A stretch of 46,152 nucleotides of DNA. It comes from a virus. The notes beneath the pieces were generated by a model, which saw only the letters and a list, made by a program, of their open reading frames with translations, was not told where the DNA came from and searched no databases. The stretch is from IMG/VR virus record IMGVR_UViG_3300005058_000082, positions 1 through 46,152 of that record; one strand, written 5' to 3'. Each line of letters opens with the position of its first letter. The first letter of the stretch is position 1. Below are positions 37,668 to 45,350 of this stretch, in pieces. The position numbers were made by a program, and so were the translations under genes.

Positions 37668-38020
37668 GGCGGGTTGCCCGCTGGCGTAGGCGACCTGATG
37701 ATGTCACGACACTGGGCCTTGACGTTCTTGAGTATCAGATTCAGCCCGTGATCGTGATGCGTCGGCGGCGCGTTATGGGCGAGGAAGACCGAAATGAGGC
37801 CGGCCAACGCGCCCACAAAGGCCTCACCGCGGACTGCCTTATCGATCAGCCCGGAGGCCTGTTCTTCGGCCTCCCAGGCTGTCATGTACCCCGATATCAG
37901 GGCCGCCCCGAGCCGCCCGTGGAACCGCTCGAGCGGCTCCAGGCTCTCGCTCCGCGCGCGCAGGGCATCGATCAGCGCGGCAGTGTGGGGGAAATGGACC
38001 ACCTGGCGCTCGATCTTCAC
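37664..38020 (-). CDS. hypothetical protein
   Basis: Overlapping start/stop coupling in the leftward operon. Confidence 0.55.
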   Translation of the reverse strand: MKIERQVVHFPHTAALIDALRARSESLEPLERFHGRLGAALISGYMTAWEAEEQASGLIDKAVRGEAFVGALAGLISVFLAHNAPPTHHDHGLNLILKNVKAQCRDIIRSPTPAGNPP

Positions 38021-38247
38021 GGGCGGAGCTGCCAGGGGAGCTGGCTGACGCCGATCACCTCGTCGAGCAAAGCGACCTTGGGGCCGCCCCAGCGCGAGGC
38101 GTAGACCACCCGCTCGCCGACGATGGCGCGCACCTTGCCGAGGTGCATGAAGGTGCCCTTGGCCCAGACCTCGTCGCCCTCCCGGATGACGATCTGCGCC
38201 TCGAGCGGGAGCGGCGGCGAGGGGAAGGGGATGACCAGCGCGGTCAT
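38017..38247 (-). CDS. hypothetical protein
   Basis: GAGGGG RBS; operon coupling. Confidence 0.55.
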   Translation of the reverse strand: MTALVIPFPSPPLPLEAQIVIREGDEVWAKGTFMHLGKVRAIVGERVVYASRWGGPKVALLDEVIGVSQLPWQLRP

Positions 38248-38260
38248 GGCCGGCGTCCCC

Positions 38261-38539
38261 TCAGGCCGCGATCACGGGGATCGGCGCTGAGGCCTCGAAC
38301 AGGGTGCAGCGGCGCCCGGCGATCGAGAGCGCATCCTCCCGGTGCCGATCGATCACCTCGGGCGAGAAGCCGCGGCGGAGCAGATCGTCGCGATAGCAAT
38401 CCTCATCGAGCGCATGAACGCAGGTGTCCAGCATCGCGTCGGCGAGCTGGTAGGCGATGGCGGGGGTCACGCGCTCGGCGCGCGCGGAATGAGGTGTGTC
38501 GGACGGGCGGGTGCGGGGTGCGGGAGCGGTCGGCTGCAT
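38261..38539 (-). CDS. first gene of PL operon, hypothetical
   Basis: GGAGG RBS before ATG 38539, directly downstream of the operators. Confidence 0.55.
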   Translation of the reverse strand: MQPTAPAPRTRPSDTPHSARAERVTPAIAYQLADAMLDTCVHALDEDCYRDDLLRRGFSPEVIDRHREDALSIAGRRCTLFEASAPIPVIAA

Positions 38540-38571
38540 CGGTGCCTCCATCGATGGGTCGATGGAAGTAG

Positions 38572-38613
38572 CGATACAGGATGTATCGTGACGGTGCAAT
38601 ACAAATTGTATCG
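38572..38613 (-). promoter_or_regulatory. OL operators / PL promoter
   Basis: CGATAC-aggat-GTATCG (38572-38588) and CAATAC-aaatt-GTATCG (38597-38613); TTGCAC -35 on the - strand. Confidence 0.8.
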
Positions 38614-38631
38614 GAGCCGCGACATCTCGAA

Positions 38632-39447
38632 CTAGGTGGTGGGTGCCGCCTTCTTCCTCGGCCGCGGCGCGCTTTTCTCCGCGAGCACGGCTGTCACCCG
38701 CGCGAGCAGCTCGCGCTCCTTATCGTCCACTGAGCCGTCCGCCTCGATCAATTCGAGCGCGTGGCCAGCGAGCACGCGCAGCCTCGCCTGAGACCACCGC
38801 GTGATGCGTTGCAGCGAGCGCGCATAGACCTCGGCGGTGGGGTGGAGCCGTTCGAGCCGGAAGCGCAAGGTCTCCATGTCGCGAGGACCCCAGCCCGGCG
38901 AGAGCTGGGCTTCGATGATCGCCCAGTTCAGCATGGTGCGCGTTTCCGCATCGTCCCATCGGCCATCGGCCCGCGCGAGGAACGCGAGGATGTTGGCGCC
39001 TGCGCCGCTCCGGCTGAAGAACTCTTTCACGCCGGGCGAGAAGGCGCTCATGAGCTGATCGAGATAGGGGCCGGGCGGCTCGTAGATCTCGCCCGTGCCG
39101 AGGTCGAACGCGCGGCGCACCCGGTCCGCGCGAAAGCTCCGCTGGGCCTGCCGCTCGTGGCAGAACGCGCGGAAATAGGAGTTACCGCCTTCGCTGATCA
39201 TCGCGGACTGAATGCTGATGCGGCGCCGGCTGAAGCTGCCCGCAGCATCGATGTATTCGATCATCAAGGCCGAGCAATCGAAGGTCTCTGGGCCCGTCGG
39301 AAGCGGCGCGATCAGCAGTTCGTCGGCCGGCGGGAGCGTCACGGCGACCGTTTGCCGCCGCGGCGCGGGGGGCAGGGGCGGGGGCGCGACCTCGCGGTCG
39401 GGTCTTGAGCCGAGGAGGCTGAGCAGGAGGGTCTTGATGAAGGCCAT
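38632..39447 (-). CDS. WYL-domain + TerB-like domain protein
   Basis: IEYIDAAG..SRRRI...FRAFCHERQAQRSFRADRV (WYL); LARADG.WDDAE and IEADGSVDDKE (TerB-like). Confidence 0.75.
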   Translation of the reverse strand: MAFIKTLLLSLLGSRPDREVAPPPLPPAPRRQTVAVTLPPADELLIAPLPTGPETFDCSALMIEYIDAAGSFSRRRISIQSAMISEGGNSYFRAFCHERQAQRSFRADRVRRAFDLGTGEIYEPPGPYLDQLMSAFSPGVKEFFSRSGAGANILAFLARADGRWDDAETRTMLNWAIIEAQLSPGWGPRDMETLRFRLERLHPTAEVYARSLQRITRWSQARLRVLAGHALELIEADGSVDDKERELLARVTAVLAEKSAPRPRKKAAPTT

Positions 39448-39489
39448 GGTTCATCGCTCCCCGCAGTTGGTTAATCGGGCAGGTGTGCT

Positions 39490-40365
39490 CTAGGCCCCTT
39501 CCGCCTCGATGCGCATCTGGACTTCGAGACGGTTGACGCCGACGCTGTCGCTGATCCGCCCGATGCTCTCGATCGAGGCGAGGTAGGCTTTGCGATTGTC
39601 GAGCAGCCGGGCCACCCACGGTGCGTTGCCCTGATCGATGTAGCCGATCTGCTCGCCGGTGGACGCCCGCAGCACGGCAACCGCGTTCGAGTCGTGCGAG
39701 CGGATTGAGTCCCGCTCGAGCCGGAGGGCCTCGCCGATGGTGCACTGGGTGATGATCGTCTGCCGTTCCGTGCCATCGGCGTTGCGCATGTCGGTCGCGG
39801 TGAGCTTGAGCATGTACTTCCCCGGCGCGACGCGCGCCTGGCTGAAGCTGCCGAACTCGCGTGCCGCCTGGCGCCTGCGCTCGTCCTCCTTGGCGTGACG
39901 CAGCGACCGGAGCGTCGGGATCAGGTTGTCGGCCGGTGCTGCAGCCGCCGAAGCGGTCCGGATGAACGGGACGGCGATCACGAGCAGCGCGCCGATGCCC
40001 ATGACGAACCAGCCATAGCCGGGCGAGATGGAATAGCTTATCGCCTGGGCGATGCCCTTGAAGGGGTTGCCGCCGAGGTCTCGCGCTACGCGATCCTGGC
40101 CCTCGCCGATGATGCTGTTGAGGTCGACGAATCGCACGATGAGGAAGATCAGCGCCGCGGTGGCGATCACGGCGGCGATGACCGGCCAGCGGAAGATCGT
40201 GCAGGCGAGGATCACGCCGGCGGCGACCAGGACGAACACGCCGTCGCGGTCGCCATCGCCGAAATAATTGGCGCTGGCGCCGAGCGGGAGCGAGACGATG
40301 GGCAGGAACACCCCGAGGCCCAGCATCCCCGCGCCGAGAAATGCGAGAATCGTGCGTGCCGTCAT
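39490..40365 (-). CDS. multi-pass membrane protein with C-terminal HIRAN domain
   Basis: About 4 hydrophobic segments, then RNADGTERQ..I...LRLERD...HDSNAVAV...QIGYI. Confidence 0.75.
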   Translation of the reverse strand: MTARTILAFLGAGMLGLGVFLPIVSLPLGASANYFGDGDRDGVFVLVAAGVILACTIFRWPVIAAVIATAALIFLIVRFVDLNSIIGEGQDRVARDLGGNPFKGIAQAISYSISPGYGWFVMGIGALLVIAVPFIRTASAAAAPADNLIPTLRSLRHAKEDERRRQAAREFGSFSQARVAPGKYMLKLTATDMRNADGTERQTIITQCTIGEALRLERDSIRSHDSNAVAVLRASTGEQIGYIDQGNAPWVARLLDNRKAYLASIESIGRISDSVGVNRLEVQMRIEAEGA

Positions 40366-40430
40366 CGCTCAGCCCTCACCCCAATCGTCCGGTGCAGCGC
40401 CCTCCTCAGGGCTGAGCGCTCTTGGTTGTT

Positions 40431-41057
40431 CTAGTCCTGCCGCCGCCTCACCCAGGCCACCGGCGCCGCCCATTCGAGCACGACATCGCTGATCAGCGGC
40501 GCGTTGTGGCTCATCAGGGTGAAGCGTCCGCGCCGCGCGCCGCGCGCGATCCGCTTCACCAGGGTGCGCCCGTCTTCCACCTTCACGATGCAATCCTTGC
40601 CGAGCAATCGCGCGTCATCGAGCTTCAGGCGGCGGCCGTAATAGATGACGTCGCCGTCATGATACGCGTCTTCCATCGAGTCGCCGCGAACGACCACGGC
40701 GACCAGGTCGCCATCATCCTCGGGCGGCGCCTCCACCTGGTCGAGGCCGCCGCCGGTCTCGTTATCATCGAGCGGATAGATGGCGGCGCCGGCGCCGACA
40801 TGGCCGACCACGGGCACGAGCCGACGCGGGTCTTTCTGGTTGCGGCCCTGCTTCTCGTCGCCCTCGAGCAGCCAGAGCCATGACACCTTGAGGTGCTTAG
40901 CGTAGAGGCGGGCGGCGCGCACGGTGAGTGGCCGGATCCCGTTCTCGTGGCTCCGATAGGTGACCTCGGGCACGCCGCGGTCGCGGGCGAAATCCGCCGC
41001 GCTCGCGTAGCCGGCCGACTGCCGCGCCGATCTGAGCCGCTCTGACTGGGTTGCCAT
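40431..41057 (-). CDS. cI: CI-like repressor (HTH + S24 peptidase)
   Basis: HTH ERLRSAR...TYRSHENG; VGAG cleavage site; VRGDSM Ser and VKR Lys; divergent from cro. Confidence 0.92.
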   Translation of the reverse strand: MATQSERLRSARQSAGYASAADFARDRGVPEVTYRSHENGIRPLTVRAARLYAKHLKVSWLWLLEGDEKQGRNQKDPRRLVPVVGHVGAGAAIYPLDDNETGGGLDQVEAPPEDDGDLVAVVVRGDSMEDAYHDGDVIYYGRRLKLDDARLLGKDCIVKVEDGRTLVKRIARGARRGRFTLMSHNAPLISDVVLEWAAPVAWVRRRQD

Positions 41058-41059
41058 GA

Positions 41060-41138
41060 CGCTACGAATTGTAGCGACCGGCTCAGGAGCGGGCCGATAC
41101 ATCTCGTATTGACCAGTGCGCGATACATTTTGTATTGT
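41060..41138. promoter_or_regulatory. OR1-3 operators with PR/PRM
   Basis: CGCTAC-N5-GTAGCG (41060-76) and CGATAC-N5-GTATTG (41095-111, 41121-137); TTGACC...TATTGT rightward, TACAAT leftward. Confidence 0.85.
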
Positions 41139-41144
41139 TCGCGC

Positions 41145-41372
41145 ATGAACAGCTTCGCCGCCGTGATCGCCGCCTGGCCGTCCGCCGCCGCCTTCGCCGA
41201 TGACCTGGGCGTGCTGGATGTGACCGCCCGCGCCTGGAAGGTGCGCGGCATCCCGGCGGCCTATTGGGTGGACGTGGTCAACGCCGCCCAGCGCCGGGGC
41301 ATCGAGGGTGTCACCTACGAGCTGCTCGCTCATCTGGCGGCGCGGCCGGCTACGTCGGAATCCGCGGCATGA
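41145..41372 (+). CDS. cro: Cro-like repressor
   Basis: Small HTH (AAFADDLGV...ARAWKVRGIPAAYW) divergent from cI. Confidence 0.8.
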   Translation: MNSFAAVIAAWPSAAAFADDLGVLDVTARAWKVRGIPAAYWVDVVNAAQRRGIEGVTYELLAHLAARPATSESAA

Positions 41373-41848
41373 CGCGCGCGGCGCTCACGGGCCGCGAGGG
41401 CAGGGTGCTCGAGGCGATTCGATCGGCGATCGCGCGCGACGGCGTGGCGCCAAGCCGGGTCGAGCTGATGCAGGCGCTCGGCTTCAAGAGCCGCAGCTCG
41501 GCGCAGGCCCTGGTCGACCGGCTCGTGCTCAAGGGCTGGCTTGAGCGTCGGTCGTTCCGCGCGCGCGGCCTCGCGCTCAGCGCCGAGGCGCCGACGCGCC
41601 AGGGTGCGGGTGCGCCCGCCTTCGGCGTGACCCTCGCGGTCGAGACCTTTAGGGCGCTCTTCATCCCGGCGCCCTTTGGCACGTTCCTCGCCGAGGGCTT
41701 CGCCCAGGAGATCACCGTCACCAAGCGCACGGCCAACGCCGGCGCCAATGCCGACCAACGGCCCGCGCAGACGGGCCGACTACAAGCCCGCCACACCGCC
41801 GACGAGTCACAGGAACCAACGGGAGAGCTGCGCATGCCCGGACCGTGA
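41369..41848 (+). CDS. LexA-type winged-helix DNA-binding protein lacking the peptidase domain
   Basis: LTGRE..VLEAI...GVAPSRVELMQALGFKS...LVLKGWLERRSFRARGL. Confidence 0.75.
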   Translation: MTRAALTGREGRVLEAIRSAIARDGVAPSRVELMQALGFKSRSSAQALVDRLVLKGWLERRSFRARGLALSAEAPTRQGAGAPAFGVTLAVETFRALFIPAPFGTFLAEGFAQEITVTKRTANAGANADQRPAQTGRLQARHTADESQEPTGELRMPGP

Positions 41849-42105
41849 CAGGGGAGGACTGCATGGTCAGCGGGAAAGAGCGGGGTACCGTCCCGACTCG
41901 GCCGCTTGCCGCTTGCGACCGCCTGGAAAGCGCCGTTGGCGGTGCGGGCCGCGTGATCGTGCGTGTCGGCGGCGATATCGGCGGCCTCATCGGCATTGGC
42001 TGCGGGCTGGTGGTCGCGCTGACGTTTGGCGGCTCGATGATCCCCTTTCTCAGTGTGACCCGCGCGGGGGTGTGGCTGCTAACGCAGAGGAGGGCACATG
42101 CGTAG
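41845..42105 (+). CDS. hypothetical, possibly membrane protein
   Basis: Fills the operon gap; hydrophobic C-terminal half. Confidence 0.35.
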   Translation: MTGEDCMVSGKERGTVPTRPLAACDRLESAVGGAGRVIVRVGGDIGGLIGIGCGLVVALTFGGSMIPFLSVTRAGVWLLTQRRAHA

Positions 42106-42586
42106 GCTCTCCGACTTCGAGCGCTTCGGCCTGCGCACCGCCACGCGGCTCCTGATCGAACGGGTCGGAGGCCTGCGCTGCGCGGGCGAGATCACCGGTC
42201 GGTCGAAGACTCATCTCGGCCGCTACCAGGAGGAGCCGCCGTCCGGCCTGCCGGCGCGCTTCATGCCGCTCGACGTGCTGGCGGAGCTCGAGCGCTTCGC
42301 CGGCACGCCGCTGGTGACGGCGCAGCTCGCCGAGCTCAGCCGCCATGTCCTCCTGCCGCTGCCGCCGACCCGGGGCCATGCGCTCCTCACGGCCGCGATC
42401 GGCAAAGTCGCGAAAGAGGCGGGCGAGGTCATCACCCGCACCGGCGAGGCGCTGGCGGACGGCCGGCTCAGCCCGCGCGAGGCGAGCCAGTGCCTGATGG
42501 AGATCGATCAGGCCGCGGGCGCGCTCATGGACCTGCGCGCCGCGCTGGAAGCGCTCAGCAAAAACGCGCGCGGGGGCCCGAAATGA
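42098..42586 (+). CDS. phage regulatory CII-like protein
   Basis: LIERVGG...FMPLDVLAELE...KEAGEV...ALADGRLSPRE; position after cro. Confidence 0.7.
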   Translation: MRRLSDFERFGLRTATRLLIERVGGLRCAGEITGRSKTHLGRYQEEPPSGLPARFMPLDVLAELERFAGTPLVTAQLAELSRHVLLPLPPTRGHALLTAAIGKVAKEAGEVITRTGEALADGRLSPREASQCLMEIDQAAGALMDLRAALEALSKNARGGPK

Positions 42587-42807
42587 AGCGCGGCGACATC
42601 GTCCACCTCGATCGGCCGGGCTGCCCCTGGCACGAGCAGAACGCGCGCATCGTCTCGATCGACGGCCCTCTGTCGGTGTCGCATACGACGCTCATCGTGC
42701 AGGTGCGCGGCGATTTCGGGCTGATCGAGATCCCGGTGCGGCGCTTCCAGGTCCGTCCGATCTACGACCCCGAGAAGCACACCGACGTGCGGGCAGGGGC
42801 CTCGTGA
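42583..42807 (+). CDS. hypothetical protein
   Basis: ATGA overlap; MKRGDIVHL small-barrel-like start. Confidence 0.55.
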   Translation: MKRGDIVHLDRPGCPWHEQNARIVSIDGPLSVSHTTLIVQVRGDFGLIEIPVRRFQVRPIYDPEKHTDVRAGAS

Positions 42808-42967
42808 TGCGCGCGCAACCCCCAGCCCCGCGATCCCAGAGCGCGGGGCGCTCGACGCGCGCTGGGAACGGTGCCGCCGGTTGCTCACCCCGGTCCTCCT
42901 TCCCACGCCCGGCGCGGTGGCACCGCTGCGCCGGGACCAATCCGTCGAGGCCGCCATGCGCGCGGTG

Positions 42968-43690
42968 ATGTCCATGCGCTCCGGGCGGCAGGTGGACCTC
43001 ATGGCGCCGACGCCCGAGGCCGTGAGCCTCGAGGACATCGCGCATTCGCTCAGCCTGCAATGCCGTTTCTGCGGCCACACGCGCGAGTTCTATTCGGTCG
43101 CGCAGCACACCCTCGTGGTGGCCCGGCTGGTGCGCCAGGCGATCGAGCGGGGCGAGCGGAGCAACGGGGCGCTGACGCGGATCCAGCGCGTGCAGCGGCA
43201 GCGCCAGGCGCTCCACCATGACGACGCCGAGGCCTATATCGGCGACGTGATCGGCCCCTTGCGCGGCCTCGTCCCGGCGCACAATCGGCTGGAGAAGGCA
43301 TGGGGCCGCGCGATCTCGGCGCGCCTCGAGCTGTGGGCCTATTCGTCGAGCTGGCTCAACCGCTATGACCGGCTGGCCGCCGCGGTCGAGGCGCACGCGT
43401 TGCTCAATCCCGTGCCGGACTGGGCGTGGGAGCGGATCAACGAGGAGCCGACCGCCTTCGCCGAGCTCGGCCCGATCGAGCCGCTGCCGCCGCTCGAGGC
43501 GCGCATGCAATGGCTGGCGATGCACGAGACGCTCTGGCACGCGCTCATCGCCGCGCGTCGCGAGGAGCCGGAGCAGCCCGACGGCGAGGTGAGCCTGGCC
43601 GCCGCCGCAGGGCGGCCGCCTACGCGATTCCCGAAGGCCGCGCTCGATCCATATCCGCCGCATCGCTCGCTCGGGGAGCGACGCTCGTGA
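42968..43690 (+). CDS. HD-domain phosphohydrolase (YfbR/YfdR-like nucleotidase)
   Basis: EDIAHSLS..CRFCGH..FYSVAQH...ALHHDDAEAYIGD; start uncertain (42881-42974). Confidence 0.85.
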   Translation: MSMRSGRQVDLMAPTPEAVSLEDIAHSLSLQCRFCGHTREFYSVAQHTLVVARLVRQAIERGERSNGALTRIQRVQRQRQALHHDDAEAYIGDVIGPLRGLVPAHNRLEKAWGRAISARLELWAYSSSWLNRYDRLAAAVEAHALLNPVPDWAWERINEEPTAFAELGPIEPLPPLEARMQWLAMHETLWHALIAARREEPEQPDGEVSLAAAAGRPPTRFPKAALDPYPPHRSLGERRS

Positions 43691-43692
43691 CG

Positions 43693-44322
43693 CTACGGGA
43701 GTGGCTCTCCAATGATCGTGTCGACGAGCGACTGCACATTCCAATCCCTGCGTTCCGCCGGCGGAAATCTCCCATCGAGTGCTTCGCCAGCTGCATGGAG
43801 GACCCTCGACGCGCCGACCAGGTGATCCAAAAGCTCCTGTGCTGCCTTATCCCTGAACATTCGTCGCACTTCGCCTTCTCGGCTGCTCCATGGCCCGTCT
43901 CGCGGGGCGTCGTGGAGCGCCAGAAGCGCCCGGGCGCCGCGGACCAGGCCGAGGGCATTGAGCGCGCGCACCAGATCGTAGGCGATTGCGCTCTCGAAAT
44001 CGCCCACGTGCGGCAATGCGGAATTGAGCACGCGAGCTTCCTCAGGCGCCGCCGTCCATATCACCCGCGGGTTGCTCTTGCGGGCGCTCAACTCATAGCG
44101 GATCGATGTGAGCAACATGTGCAGCTCGGCCGCGATTGCGCGCCCGCGACTTTCGGTGGCGCGGGCGCGATCTTCCTGCGCGTGCGTCCGCTCGCGGTGA
44201 AGTTGGTGGTTGGCAACCCAGAAGGCGCCGCCAACCGCGATGGCGGCACCAACGAGCGCCCCGACGAACGTCGCCAGCGGCTCCAGCCACCAGATTCCCG
44301 TACTTCCGCTATCCGCCCACAT
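43693..44322 (-). CDS. hypothetical membrane-anchored protein (inverted moron)
   Basis: TM LATFVGALVGAAIAVGGAFWVA followed by a charged helix; opposite strand to its neighbours. Confidence 0.65.
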   Translation of the reverse strand: MWADSGSTGIWWLEPLATFVGALVGAAIAVGGAFWVANHQLHRERTHAQEDRARATESRGRAIAAELHMLLTSIRYELSARKSNPRVIWTAAPEEARVLNSALPHVGDFESAIAYDLVRALNALGLVRGARALLALHDAPRDGPWSSREGEVRRMFRDKAAQELLDHLVGASRVLHAAGEALDGRFPPAERRDWNVQSLVDTIIGEPLP

Positions 44323-44363
44323 CAAGGTGATTCTACCGCAACCTGGACCCCACAGGCGACGCC

Positions 44364-45350
44364 ATGAGCGTGCATGTCAGCGCGGCGGTGTGGCGGGCGA
44401 AGGTCCGGGGCCTCGAGAAGCTGATCCTGCTGAAGCTCGCCGATAGCGCGGAGGATGATGGCTCGAACTGCTATCCGAGCGTGCCGCGCATGGTCGCCGA
44501 GTGCGGCCTCAACCGCAGCACCGTTCAGCGTTTGCTGCGCGGCATCACGGCGAAGGGCTGGATCGAGGAGCAGCATCCGCCGGGCACGCGCATCGGCGAA
44601 GAGTTTCGCCAGCAGGCGACCTACCGGGTGCTGGTGAAGGCGCTGCCCGAAGCGGCCTATCGCGCGCGGAGGGCCCGCGTTCGGCCGCCAATGACCGCCG
44701 AGCAGGGGCCGCAGGGCGCGGCCCCCCCGGGGGTCGAAGCGCCTCACGCGCCAGCGGTCACTGAAACGCCGCCCAACGCCGCTCCTGGTGGCGAGTCGCC
44801 GTCAATTCAGGGGGGGCCGCAGAGTGCGGCGGGGCCGCAGTCTGCGGCGGCCGCGCCCAGCACGGGAGGGGGCCGCGCTGTGCACGCCGAGGGGCCGCAG
44901 GCTGCGGCCCAACCCTTCCTGAATCCATCCAAGAATCCGTCCCCCCCTTACCCCCCCACGCCCAGCCCGACCGAGGCGATCGGAGCGACCGAGGAAACCG
45001 CTTCCTCGACGGCAGGGGTTTCGAAAAGCGAAGCCAAGGGGCTCGGCAAAGGGAGTGGGAGCCAGGACCTCGTGGGCCATACGCCGACCGAGTGGCTGCT
45101 CGGCCATGTCCGCCATCGGTTCGGCAATCAGGTCGCGAAAAGCTGGTTCGAGCCGCTGATCGTCGAGGCCTATCCGGATCGCGTCGTGCTGACGGCGCCG
45201 AGCCGCTACCACGCCGACTGGATGCAGGGCCGCTATCTGCCGTGGCTGCGCGACCTCTGCCGGCGGCCGGTCGAGATCGTCGTCAAGCCGCCGGCGCCGA
45301 AGCCCGCGCCGCCGCCTGAGACCACGCCGCGCGAGAGGGGAGCCGCATGA
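44364..45350 (+). CDS. replication initiator (wHTH + DnaA N-terminal-like domain)
   Basis: KLILLKLADSAEDDGSNCYPS...ECGLNRSTVQRLL; C-terminal FG...SWFEPL...LTAPSRYHADW. Confidence 0.8.
   Translation: MSVHVSAAVWRAKVRGLEKLILLKLADSAEDDGSNCYPSVPRMVAECGLNRSTVQRLLRGITAKGWIEEQHPPGTRIGEEFRQQATYRVLVKALPEAAYRARRARVRPPMTAEQGPQGAAPPGVEAPHAPAVTETPPNAAPGGESPSIQGGPQSAAGPQSAAAAPSTGGGRAVHAEGPQAAAQPFLNPSKNPSPPYPPTPSPTEAIGATEETASSTAGVSKSEAKGLGKGSGSQDLVGHTPTEWLLGHVRHRFGNQVAKSWFEPLIVEAYPDRVVLTAPSRYHADWMQGRYLPWLRDLCRRPVEIVVKPPAPKPAPPPETTPRERGAA
44705..44908 (+). repeat. iteron-like 18-bp repeats (putative origin)
   Basis: GGGGCCGCAGnn(T/C)GCGGC at 44705, 44813, 44831 and 44891; degenerate copy at 44869. Confidence 0.7.

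Noticed and set aside
43426..44367. 313-aa + strand ORF spanning the inverted gene
   Set aside because: No recognisable motifs and overlaps the HD gene; the - strand ORF has a TM helix and promoter-like element, although the + frame's ATGA overlap with the initiator leaves slight doubt
44705..44908. CRISPR array
   Set aside because: Repeats are 18 bp, irregularly spaced, partly adjacent and inside a CDS; no cas genes
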